Source: Planctomycetota bacterium (GTDB lineage Bacteria > Planctomycetota > Uabimicrobiia > Uabimicrobiales > JABWCH01). From it: a DNA stretch of 46,801 nucleotides. The DNA lies in assembly GCA_022710345.1 (NCBI GenBank), contig JAKLHB010000003.1, positions 1 to 46,801 of the forward strand, in the 5' to 3' direction. Of this stretch, positions 26,766 through 35,454 are shown piece by piece (the first letter of the stretch is position 1; the number at the start of each line of letters is the position of its first letter). The notes under the pieces are model-generated. The model had not been told where the DNA came from. It made no database searches and was given only the letters and a program-made list of their open reading frames with translations. Both the position numbers and the translations under genes were made by a program.

Positions 26766-27947
26766 CTATGCTAAAATAGGGATCACTTCATTTTGGCTAG
26801 GTAGGGCAGAAACGTATGGAGTATGATTATGGATATAGACATTGATTTCAGAACGCACGCCAAAGTCTGGAAGATAAATGCCTGGTTCAATGGAGAAGCC
26901 AATGCCTTCGATCAGCCTACGTTCATCTCTTGTCTCAAAGTTATCCATATTTACGCCTTTCCAGTGGTCTTCTTGTCCAATGCTATGTCCTGTTCGATGG
27001 ACGAAATATTGGCCATAGCCAGCTTGTTCGATCACTTCTCTGGCTTGATTATCCACTTGATATCCAGCAATGGGTTTATTGGCTGCAAAATGTTCCTGAA
27101 TGAGCCGTAAAGCAGCATCTCGTGCATTGCGGACAATAGTAAAGATTTCGACATGCTTAGGATGCACTGTCTTAGCCAGTTCTCCAACCCAAGTAATATC
27201 TGCATAGATAGCATTAGGGAATGTATATTTAGCCCATAGATCAATCAACAGAAAGTCGTTTTCTTTGATCAAGCTGCTTGACTCTGGAAGTGGCTCATAA
27301 TGAGGATTTCCGCTGTGTTCATTAACGGCAACAATAGGCGGGTGGTTGCAAATCAGTCCTTCTTGTTTAAATTTATCGAGAATAAACTGCTGTAATTGAT
27401 ATTCTGTAAGGGTACGTTGCTCTTTGACAGCGGATCCAGCATGCGCAAATGCTTCATGCACAATTCTGCGTAAAGCTTGTGCAGCATTTTCGTGACTTTG
27501 GATCCCTTCCGGGGGCCATACTGCTTCAAATGATTGGATCAAGTTCGCCGATGAATGCACCTCTACCCCTGTGCTGCGCACTAGCTCTAAGGTACCTGCA
27601 TCCACATACGATACATAAGGGATTGCATTCATGGGAGAATATTGCATACAAATGCGTTTCAATGGGCTCAGGATATTCCATAGTTCGCGATGCAATTGCT
27701 TCCAGCCTGAATACATGCGTTTGCTGCCTGGTAAATGCTCCAACGCATTTGGCTCAATTCGATGCACCAATTTCACAGGCTCTCCGCGCTGAGGGATCAG
27801 ATAAAACCATCTTCGTGTGAGCATCCGATCCAAAGGCATAGCTAAGATATGGGTTGCAGATTGATCTAGGTCACGAAAATTGTAAAAAAGCCACCCATCA
27901 CTGTTCTCCAATGCTAATTCTGCTTGAATTTTTTCTATATTAAGCAT
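26766..27947 (-). CDS. M24-family metallopeptidase (Xaa-Pro aminopeptidase-like).
   Basis: C-terminal pita-bread motifs LLIDLWA..., HRTGHSIGQEDH, FSIEPGIY, VRSEINV. ATG 27947 (MLNIEKIQ) avoids overlap with fcl; the tracked ORF extends to 28019. Confidence 0.8.
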   Translation of the reverse strand: MLNIEKIQAELALENSDGWLFYNFRDLDQSATHILAMPLDRMLTRRWFYLIPQRGEPVKLVHRIEPNALEHLPGSKRMYSGWKQLHRELWNILSPLKRICMQYSPMNAIPYVSYVDAGTLELVRSTGVEVHSSANLIQSFEAVWPPEGIQSHENAAQALRRIVHEAFAHAGSAVKEQRTLTEYQLQQFILDKFKQEGLICNHPPIVAVNEHSGNPHYEPLPESSSLIKENDFLLIDLWAKYTFPNAIYADITWVGELAKTVHPKHVEIFTIVRNARDAALRLIQEHFAANKPIAGYQVDNQAREVIEQAGYGQYFVHRTGHSIGQEDHWKGVNMDNFETRDERRLIEGIGFSIEPGIYLPDFGVRSEINVYIHNHTPYVSALPSQNEVIPILA

Positions 27948-27972
27948 GAAATACCTTTCTAAGCTAGATTGC

Positions 27973-28905
27973 CTACTTGGGATTCTGACAATACCACTGA
28001 TATGTTTGACGAATTCCATTTTCTAAAGTAGTCTGGGCATTCCATCCCAATGCTAGAAGCCTGCTGATATCCAATAATTTTTGCATGGTACCATCTGGCT
28101 TTGTATGGTCCCAGACAACCGGCCCTTGATATCCAACAATTTTTTGAACTAATTGGGCCAGCTCAGCAATGCTGATGTCATGTCCCATACCAATATTGAT
28201 GGTCTGATTTTCGTTATATTTCTCCATCAAAAAAACGCAGGCTTGTGCAAGATCATCTACATATAAAAATTCTCTCCGAGGTGTGCCTGTGCCCCATAGT
28301 ACCACAGGCTGTAATTTTGGATTCAATTTGGCTTCGTGAAATTTGCGAATCAACGCTGGCAAGACATGTGAGCTTGTGAGGTCAAAGTTATCATGAGTAC
28401 CATATAGGTTGCAGGGCATTACAGAAATAAAATTAGTTCCATATTGAATATTGTACGATTCACATAATTTAAGACCAGCAATTTTTGCAATTGCATAAGG
28501 TTCATTGGTAGCCTCTAACTTACCAGAGAGTAGATATTCTTCTTTTAAGGGTTGAGGCGCATCTCTGGGATAGATACAAGAACTTCCTAAGAAAAGCAAC
28601 TTTTTTACACCTGCTTGATAGGCTGCATGAACAAGATTGCATTCAATCATGAGATTTTCATAGATAAAGGCTCCTCTTTGGGTATGATTAGCCCAAATGC
28701 CTCCTACTTTTGCCGCAGATGAAAATACATAATCAGGTTTTTGTTCATAAAAAAATTGTTTTACTGCAAGCTGTTGAGTTAGATCTAACTCATGCCTTGT
28801 GCGGGTCAATACATTATGAAACCCTTGTGCTTGAAGCGTACGCAAAATGGCTGATCCTACCAATCCCCGATGGCCTGCCACATAAATTTTTGCTTCTTTC
28901 TCCAT
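27973..28905 (-). CDS. fcl: GDP-L-fucose synthase (GDP-4-keto-6-deoxy-D-mannose 3,5-epimerase/4-reductase).
   Basis: KIYVAGHRGLVGSAI, AAKVGGI.AN, FLGSSCIYP, NEPYAIAKIAG, SVMPCNLYG..DNF and LWGTGTPRREFLYVDD are all hallmark Fcl/WcaG motifs. Start ATG 28905 (MEKEAKIYVAG). Confidence 0.9.
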   Translation of the reverse strand: MEKEAKIYVAGHRGLVGSAILRTLQAQGFHNVLTRTRHELDLTQQLAVKQFFYEQKPDYVFSSAAKVGGIWANHTQRGAFIYENLMIECNLVHAAYQAGVKKLLFLGSSCIYPRDAPQPLKEEYLLSGKLEATNEPYAIAKIAGLKLCESYNIQYGTNFISVMPCNLYGTHDNFDLTSSHVLPALIRKFHEAKLNPKLQPVVLWGTGTPRREFLYVDDLAQACVFLMEKYNENQTINIGMGHDISIAELAQLVQKIVGYQGPVVWDHTKPDGTMQKLLDISRLLALGWNAQTTLENGIRQTYQWYCQNPK

Positions 28906-28921
28906 ACTTATTTCCTTCAAA

Positions 28922-29359
28922 TTAAGGTTTTGCTTCGATTGGTTCATCCCAATTCCAAGAATAACCTGCGGCAAGCAGTGTCTTTTTTTCAATTGCATGC
29001 ATCGTAGTCGCTTCTTCTACAGTATGATCATCATACCCCATTAAATGCAAAAGTCCATGGATTGTATAGAGTAGCAGCTCTCCTTGTGGTTCAATCTTAC
29101 GTTCAGTAGCTTCCCTGAGGGCAGTTTCACCGGAAACTAAAATTTCTCCTTCTTGGGAGCTATAAGAAAATGCCAAAACATCTGTGGGGCCTTCATGCTT
29201 GAGATATCTTTCATTCAACTTGGCAATCTCAGCATCGTTGAGATATACTATAGACAATCGAAAATTTTTAGGAATACTTGGCAGAGAATTCAAAATTGTT
29301 TTAATATTTTTTTCATCTACGGCTACAAAATCTTGCTCGTTTGTAATCACAATTTTCAT
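28922..29359 (-). CDS. ybeY: rRNA maturation endoribonuclease YbeY.
   Basis: 145 aa with the zinc motif IHGLLHLMGYDDH (H..LH..GYDH). Confidence 0.9.
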   Translation of the reverse strand: MKIVITNEQDFVAVDEKNIKTILNSLPSIPKNFRLSIVYLNDAEIAKLNERYLKHEGPTDVLAFSYSSQEGEILVSGETALREATERKIEPQGELLLYTIHGLLHLMGYDDHTVEEATTMHAIEKKTLLAAGYSWNWDEPIEAKP

Positions 29360-29453
29360 AAAAAAGTCCTAAGTTACCTGATGCTTAAACATAGAAGCAC
29401 AATTTCTTAATTCTATCAAAAATAGGATAATATGCAAGAACCATTGAAATATT

Positions 29454-29482
29454 TTGACAGAATTCCTAAAATATGCTAAAAT
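29454..29482 (+). promoter_or_regulatory. Candidate sigma70 promoter for the kinase-like gene.
   Basis: Consensus TTGACA (29454-29459), a 17-nt spacer, then TAAAAT (29477-29482), about 75 nt upstream of the ATG at 29557. Confidence 0.45.
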
Positions 29483-29556
29483 TTCCCTCATGTTTTTGGA
29501 TGAAATTTGCATATTGCCGCTAGAACACAACCAAATTTTAACCAAATTTAAGGCGA

Positions 29557-31926
29557 ATGCCAATGCCTACCCATGAAGATATTTTTTTGTTAAAATCTAT
29601 TTTAGAAAAAGGCTTAATATCATATAAAGCAATACATAAACCATTATGCCAATTCTATTTAAATCAAAGTAAAGGCAAGATGGTTAGTTTAGCAAGCATA
29701 CTTGATACAACAAATTTGATCACAAGAAACCAACTCAAAGATTTGCAACTAGAAGTACAAGAGCTTTTTGCTAGCATGACACCTGCAGAAAAGCCTAAAA
29801 TTACACCCGATCAATTTATCAAGCAAAATATATTAGGCAAAAGTGCACTGGGAACTCTGTACTCTGCAAGCCATCCGTCGTTGGGTGCATCTGTGGTCAA
29901 ATCGTTGGAAGGTGTCATTGCTCAAAATAAAGCTTTTCTTAAGCATTTTTTACTACAATTAGAACGTAGTATTCTCATTCAACATCCACATTGGAACAAG
30001 GTATATTGCATAGACATGGCCAAAGGATTGGTTGTGCGTGAAATGATTCCTGGCGAAACCTTAGAAGAACGCCTAAATCATGGAACAATGAATGGTACAG
30101 ATATTGTTCTTATGTTATATCAAGTAGCCAGTGGCCTAGCTACAGCAGCAGAGCTTGGCTTAATTCATCGTAATTTGAAGCCATCCAACATCATTATTAC
30201 AGATTCTGTTCAATTTGTGGCCGTGGATGGATGCTTACCTCCAACCGTGCCACAATATCTAGCGCCGGAGCAATGGCAAAAGAAAAAAGCTGATATTCGA
30301 TCTGACATATATTCTTTAGGCATAATAGCATACCAAAGTCTAATGGGGACTCTGCCCTTTGTGGGAAGCACAGTTGAAGAAATCCAGGCTCAACATCAAA
30401 AAAAAGCGTTTTCTATTTTTCCAATCAAGCCGGAAAATGCTGCAGAGGGGTTGCAGCATATTATAGAAAAAATGCTTGCCCCTGATCCAATCCAACGCTA
30501 TCAAAGCTACGCTGAACTCTTGCTAGATTTAGGAAAATTATTGGGATTAACCTCCCAAGAAAAGAAACCATCTTTAGCGGCTATCCAATCTGATGTTGCA
30601 TACGCGGCAGAAGAAGTTGTAGAACCAATAGACGCAGAGCCAATCTTGGAACCACAAGCTGAAGAAGAATCAATGTTGCAAAGCAGTATGATGGCTACGG
30701 CCACAGACTCTGTGGATGTAATTAAACATCGAAGAGGCAAACGTGTTGCTAATGACATTGTGCATGAAATTGAAGTTGCTTTTGCTGATGAGATTCGGCT
30801 GGCTTGCCAAAGAGGTACCTTTTATGAAGACTTAAAACCTGTACTAGCCACAGCTCGGAAAAAATTCCAAACTAAAATGTCGCCGACCTCTATTGAAAAT
30901 ATGCCATACTTGGATGAAGCATTTGAGCATATACGCAAACGTGTTACCCGAGAACTACAACTCAAAGAAGCCCATGCTCCATCTGCACCCGAGCCTAAGC
31001 CAGAACCTAAGCTTGCAGAATTATCCCATATAGAAGAAAGAATTTCAGAAGCAACTATGCAAGCTGTTTCTGTGAATGATGCAACTGGCGAAGCTATAGA
31101 AAGCCATTGGGAAGAAAGTCTAGAGGCAGTTTCTGTCCCAGAGAGCGAAATGCCCATGCCGTCTTTACCAGAAGAAAAAGATTTTGAGATGGAATTTGGC
31201 AAACCTCTCGCCCAGGCTGCTCCTACTCCAACAGCACAGGTTCCAGCAGCCCAGGATGCTTCTATTCCAGCAGCGCAGGTTCCAGCAGCCCAAGTTACTC
31301 CTATTCCAGCAGCCCAAGCTATTCCTATTCCAGCAGCGCAGGCTCCAGCAGCATCTGTGCAGGCTACTCCTGCTCTAGCAGCGCAGGTTCCAGCAGTCCA
31401 GGCTACTCCTGCTTCAGCAGCGCAGGCTCCAGCAGCATCTGTGCAGACTACTCCTGCTCCAGCAGCGCAGGCTCCAGCAGCATCTGTGCAGGCTACTCCT
31501 GCTCCAGCAGCGCAGGTTCCAGCAGCATCTGTGCAGGCCACTCCTGCAGTAACTGCTTCCACACCTGCTTCTGCAGAAGCGCAGCCAAAACCTGCTGAAT
31601 CCAAGCCTGAAGAACAAGCAGCGTCTGGATCAGAAACACCTGCGGAAGAAACAAGCAAGGGTGAATTTCCAGGAATTAAAAAAGCACCTAAACTCAAACC
31701 CTATTTTTTCAAACTTGAGCCCAAAAAATCAGATGACGCTGGTTCTGGATTGATTAAAAAACCAGCGGCTAGCCTTGGATTTCCTAAAAAAACAACTAAT
31801 CCTAACCCAGGAGCTGGCCTTGGATTTCCTAAAAAATCAGCCAATCCCGAGGCTTTAGCAGGCGAACCGCGAAAAGAAAAAGAAGAACCGCGAAAAGAAA
31901 AAGAAGAACCTCCTAAAGAGCCTTAG
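29557..31926 (+). CDS. Hanks-type kinase-fold protein, predicted pseudokinase, with a long Ala/Pro/Gln-rich repetitive C-terminal region.
   Basis: Kinase-fold landmarks are degenerate: LGKSALGTLY (G-loop), SVVKSL, HRNLKPSN (Asn codon AAT at 30172-30174), VAVDGC in place of DFG, LAPEQ, DIYSLGII. The C-terminal half has (AAQAPAASVQATPAP)n repeats and a Lys/Pro/Glu tail with EPRKEKE twice. Confidence 0.75.
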   Translation: MPMPTHEDIFLLKSILEKGLISYKAIHKPLCQFYLNQSKGKMVSLASILDTTNLITRNQLKDLQLEVQELFASMTPAEKPKITPDQFIKQNILGKSALGTLYSASHPSLGASVVKSLEGVIAQNKAFLKHFLLQLERSILIQHPHWNKVYCIDMAKGLVVREMIPGETLEERLNHGTMNGTDIVLMLYQVASGLATAAELGLIHRNLKPSNIIITDSVQFVAVDGCLPPTVPQYLAPEQWQKKKADIRSDIYSLGIIAYQSLMGTLPFVGSTVEEIQAQHQKKAFSIFPIKPENAAEGLQHIIEKMLAPDPIQRYQSYAELLLDLGKLLGLTSQEKKPSLAAIQSDVAYAAEEVVEPIDAEPILEPQAEEESMLQSSMMATATDSVDVIKHRRGKRVANDIVHEIEVAFADEIRLACQRGTFYEDLKPVLATARKKFQTKMSPTSIENMPYLDEAFEHIRKRVTRELQLKEAHAPSAPEPKPEPKLAELSHIEERISEATMQAVSVNDATGEAIESHWEESLEAVSVPESEMPMPSLPEEKDFEMEFGKPLAQAAPTPTAQVPAAQDASIPAAQVPAAQVTPIPAAQAIPIPAAQAPAASVQATPALAAQVPAVQATPASAAQAPAASVQTTPAPAAQAPAASVQATPAPAAQVPAASVQATPAVTASTPASAEAQPKPAESKPEEQAASGSETPAEETSKGEFPGIKKAPKLKPYFFKLEPKKSDDAGSGLIKKPAASLGFPKKTTNPNPGAGLGFPKKSANPEALAGEPRKEKEEPRKEKEEPPKEP
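31228..31548. repeat. Imperfect tandem 45-bp (15-codon) repeats within the kinase-like gene.
   Basis: The unit ccagcagcgcaggctccagcagcatctgtgcaggctactcctgct recurs from ~31330 to ~31548, with one 39-bp variant. Shorter related ccagcagc(g/c)cag units begin at ~31228. Confidence 0.85.
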
Positions 31927-32031
31927 CAAACTTTGTTTTTACTGAAACCAAGTTTTAGCAGCTCCAACAAACATCATCATAATCACATCGGCTAGAAACA
32001 GTTCTATTTAGACTTAAAGGGGAATAATTTT

Positions 32032-33492
32032 ATGTTTGGAATTTATTTATTTGCTTTCGCTGATCTTGAAATTGCGTTGAGTGGTATTGGAGGTATTGTG
32101 TTGGGTGGTGTCTTAATGGCATGGATTTTGCATTCTCTGGCCGCAAAAAAAGAAAACTTGCGCAAGTCGGAAATTGAAACTGCCCAACAAACAATCAGAG
32201 GAAAGACTGAAGAATTGCAGCTTCTCACAGGTAATGTGAAAGAAAAAGAAGAAAAACTTCAGTCAAGCCTTAACAAAATTAAAGAGCAAGAAAACATCAT
32301 TGCAAAAAAAGATAAAGAAATTGCAGAGCTTCAAACTCAACTCAAAGAAGCTAAAAATTTGTTATCCAAAGCCAATCAAATCATCCATGACAAAGAACAA
32401 AAAATTGAAGACTTGCAAGAAGAAAAGCTAGGGGTGACTCAAAGCATTCAAGAAAAAGAAAAAGAGCTTACTGCTCTGCAACGTGCTATTAAAGAAAAAG
32501 AACAAGCCATCACAAGTGCACAAGAAGAATTGGAACAAGCCAATCAACAAATTGCTCAAATTCAAGAAAGACTGGACAAAGAACAAAAAGAGCATACTCA
32601 AAGCAAAACAAAAATTGCATCCTTGCAACAACAACTTCAAGATCAGGTCACAATTGCAGACCAGTACAAAACTTTAATTGAAAATTATGAGATCGCGATT
32701 GAAGATTATAAGCAAAAGCTCAATGCTGGTGAAACTCGGCTAGACGAGCTGCAACGGCAACTAGATGAGCTACAGCCTAAACTTCAGCAAGCACAACGTG
32801 ACTATGAACAAAATGTAAAGCTACGTGCACGCACGATCCGAGAGATGCAGAGGACACTCAAACTCATGGAAAGTGTTCTGATTCCATCCGAATTTCAAAT
32901 TTCAGACGAAGAAGAAGGTACAGTTGAATTTAGTCTAGAAGAAACCACAGGAATCGAAGAACTCACAGTTCAAATCGCAGAACAAGACAAAAGGCTCAAA
33001 GATCGCGAAGAACAACTGAGAAAACAACAGGAGCAACTCCGAGGGCTAGAATCTGCTATAGCGACTACCGCAGGAATGCAAAAAACATTAGAACAACAAG
33101 CCGAACAGCTCAAACGTTATGAAAAAGAAGTCTCAGAATTGCAATTGGCACGCACCCAGCTTTTAGATAAAGAAGAAATGATTCAGCAATACGTAGAGCG
33201 CATCACAGAACTCGAAAACAAGATTCATGAAATGGAAAATCAGCAAAGTGCAGCAACTGAACAATTGGCCAAACGCGAACGTGAAGATGCCAAAGAAGCC
33301 ATTTTGCAAGATCCCAAACTAACCCCTGTGCACAAGAAAACCATGGTGATGTTGTATGCTCAATATACCAACCCGCGCAAGGGACTCAAAAAGAAAATAG
33401 CCGAAGAAGCTACTGGTGCGAACGCAACTGAATCCCCTGAATCCTCTGAGCCAACTGAGCCAACTGACCCAAATCCAGGTGAAGAAAACTAG
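32032..33492 (+). CDS. Membrane-anchored long coiled-coil protein.
   Basis: N-terminal hydrophobic helix (IGGIVLGGVLMAWILHSLA), then ~400 aa of heptad-rich, E/K/Q-dominated sequence (EELQLLTGNVKEKEEKLQSSLNKIKEQE...). Confidence 0.7.
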   Translation: MFGIYLFAFADLEIALSGIGGIVLGGVLMAWILHSLAAKKENLRKSEIETAQQTIRGKTEELQLLTGNVKEKEEKLQSSLNKIKEQENIIAKKDKEIAELQTQLKEAKNLLSKANQIIHDKEQKIEDLQEEKLGVTQSIQEKEKELTALQRAIKEKEQAITSAQEELEQANQQIAQIQERLDKEQKEHTQSKTKIASLQQQLQDQVTIADQYKTLIENYEIAIEDYKQKLNAGETRLDELQRQLDELQPKLQQAQRDYEQNVKLRARTIREMQRTLKLMESVLIPSEFQISDEEEGTVEFSLEETTGIEELTVQIAEQDKRLKDREEQLRKQQEQLRGLESAIATTAGMQKTLEQQAEQLKRYEKEVSELQLARTQLLDKEEMIQQYVERITELENKIHEMENQQSAATEQLAKREREDAKEAILQDPKLTPVHKKTMVMLYAQYTNPRKGLKKKIAEEATGANATESPESSEPTEPTDPNPGEEN

Positions 33493-33530
33493 CCAGCCAC
33501 TATACATTACAGCTTATCAAAATGCGGCTA

Positions 33531-33570
33531 CAGGCTTTGGTTTAACTGCCAAAGCCTGGGTTTTCTTTTT
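33531..33570 (+). terminator. Rho-independent terminator after the coiled-coil gene.
   Basis: caggctttgg (33531-33540) / 8-nt loop / ccaaagcctg (33549-33558), followed by ggttttcttttt. Confidence 0.8.
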
Positions 33571-33714
33571 GATTTTAACAGATTTTTGAAAGCCAGATCA
33601 GTAGGCAACTCTATTTATAAAATACCAGTTGTAATTGGCAAAAAGGAGCCATTCCGGAGTGCCCCAAAAAGGTTATGCCACTTGTTTTTTTTGATCATGG
33701 CCGAAAGGAAGCTT

Positions 33715-34899
33715 ATGTGCCCCATAAAAATCACCAATCCTGTATATCATTCAGATTATATGAATTTGATTAAAAATTTTACAAATGCAGAACAACAAGA
33801 AATTTTGTCCACATTTCTGAAATTTTCTCAGAAAAATTTAGCAATCATCGAAGAGAGCGCTTGGCAAAGATCAGCCAACCCTGTGTTGTGGCAGCAAATG
33901 GCAGAGTTAGGATGTTTTGGAGCGCATATTCCTGAGCAATATGCTGGAGTTCCATTGGATGAATTATCCTATTTTTTAATGATGATTGGCTTAGAATGGG
34001 GAGATTCAGCACTGAGGAGCAATGCAAGCGTACAAAATGCCTTGGTAGCCTATCCGATCTTGTCTTTTGGCAATGAAGAGCAAAAACAAAAATATTTGCC
34101 TAAACTTGCTTCTGGAGAATGGATAGGTGCTTTTGGATTAACCGAACCTAACCATGGTTCTGATCCAGGTGCCCTAGAAACAAAGGCAGTGCCCACAGAC
34201 ACTGGTTTTATTCTCAACGGTAGTAAACAATGGATTACCAACGCTGATATAGCAGACATCCACGTTGTATGGGCTAAGCTTAATGATGTGATTCATGGAT
34301 TTATAGTAGAAAAAGGCCGTGAAGGTCTTCAAACCCATCATATGGATAAAAAAGACTCGCTTCAGGCAGGGCATACAGGCGAATATAGTTTATTGGATGT
34401 TTTTATCCCCAAAGAAAACTTGCTTCCTCACTCTGCAGGCCTGAAATGTGCCTTAAAATGCTTAAATGAAGCACGCGCGGGAATCGCTGCTGGTATCATT
34501 GGAGCAGCAATGTTTTGCTACGAAACCGCATGGCATTATGTGATGGAACGCAAGCAATTTGGGACTGCTTTGGCAGCAAAACAAATCACGCAAATAAAAC
34601 TAGCCGATATGGTCACAGGTATTGCCCAAGGTCTTTCTACTGTCTTGCATTTAGCAGAACTTAGAGAAAGAAAAGTAGCAGATTTTAGCTCTGTGAGCCT
34701 GCTCAAACGAGCAAACACAGGAATTGCAAGAAATATTGCATGGACCGCCCGTGAAATGCTAGGGGCCAATGGTGTGAGCAGTGAATATCCGATCATGCGT
34801 GTACTCAAAAATATTGAAAGCGTTTATACGTATGAAGGTACCTATGATGTACATGGCCTGATTATAGGAAATAAAATCACAGGGTATGCAGCGTATTAG
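33715..34899 (+). CDS. gcdH: Acyl-CoA dehydrogenase, glutaryl-CoA dehydrogenase-like.
   Basis: FGLTEPNHGSDPGALETKA, GSKQWITNADIADIHVVWAKL and a C-terminal YEGTYDVHGLIIG are typical of GCDH. ATG 33715 is preceded by AAAGGAAG; the tracked ORF starts at 33586. Confidence 0.8.
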   Translation: MCPIKITNPVYHSDYMNLIKNFTNAEQQEILSTFLKFSQKNLAIIEESAWQRSANPVLWQQMAELGCFGAHIPEQYAGVPLDELSYFLMMIGLEWGDSALRSNASVQNALVAYPILSFGNEEQKQKYLPKLASGEWIGAFGLTEPNHGSDPGALETKAVPTDTGFILNGSKQWITNADIADIHVVWAKLNDVIHGFIVEKGREGLQTHHMDKKDSLQAGHTGEYSLLDVFIPKENLLPHSAGLKCALKCLNEARAGIAAGIIGAAMFCYETAWHYVMERKQFGTALAAKQITQIKLADMVTGIAQGLSTVLHLAELRERKVADFSSVSLLKRANTGIARNIAWTAREMLGANGVSSEYPIMRVLKNIESVYTYEGTYDVHGLIIGNKITGYAAY

Positions 34900-34906
34900 A
34901 TATCGA

Positions 34907-35407
34907 ATGGAGGTAAATGTGACTACAGAACCTAAACAAGACAGCGAGCATGCACTCCAAGCAAGCGGGCTTCTTCTTTCAGGCTACTTGCTCGAAAAGC
35001 ATGATCGTGGGAAAGTTACCCAACAATTTGATCTACGGGAAGTGGAAGAAATTGTGGTAGGGAAAGAACGTGCATATGGTTGTATTATTTTTGCTTTGGT
35101 TTTTATTTATTTTAGTATTTTTCTTGCTTGGGCATATTTTAGTGACCCAGAAGTTGGATCAACTGTGGCCATCATGACTGGTGGATTAGGCATGGTTGGC
35201 CTTTGGCTGGCCAAAGATGCCTATCATTATTTTCTATCCTTTTCGTATCACAAAGACAAAATTTGGTATCCAATTCATGATCCGCAGGAAAAGATTGAAA
35301 GATTCCTGGCCAGGATCAAAGAAAGCATTCAACAACAAAATAGCAAGCTCATGATCCGAAATTTATTAGAAGATGATGAAGACGATGAAGATGATGTCGA
35401 ACAATAA
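34907..35407 (+). CDS. Small two-TM membrane protein with an acidic C-terminal tail; function unknown.
   Basis: Hydrophobic helices CIIFALVFIYFSIFLAWAYF and VAIMTGGLGMVGLWLA; tail EDDEDDEDDVEQ. The start is uncertain: ATG 34907, or GTG 34919 preceded by GGAGG. Confidence 0.55.
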   Translation: MEVNVTTEPKQDSEHALQASGLLLSGYLLEKHDRGKVTQQFDLREVEEIVVGKERAYGCIIFALVFIYFSIFLAWAYFSDPEVGSTVAIMTGGLGMVGLWLAKDAYHYFLSFSYHKDKIWYPIHDPQEKIERFLARIKESIQQQNSKLMIRNLLEDDEDDEDDVEQ

Positions 35408-35454
35408 TTGATGCAGGTTATCAACAATAATTCATAAGAACGTAGGAGTTATGG

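Noticed and set aside
30822-31697. 291-aa minus-strand ORF antisense to the kinase-like gene.
   Set aside because: It lies exactly over the Ala/Pro-codon tandem repeats, where GCN/CCN-rich sequence keeps the antisense frame open. The product is low-complexity (A/G/C/T-rich), and the sense frame has clear kinase-fold continuity.
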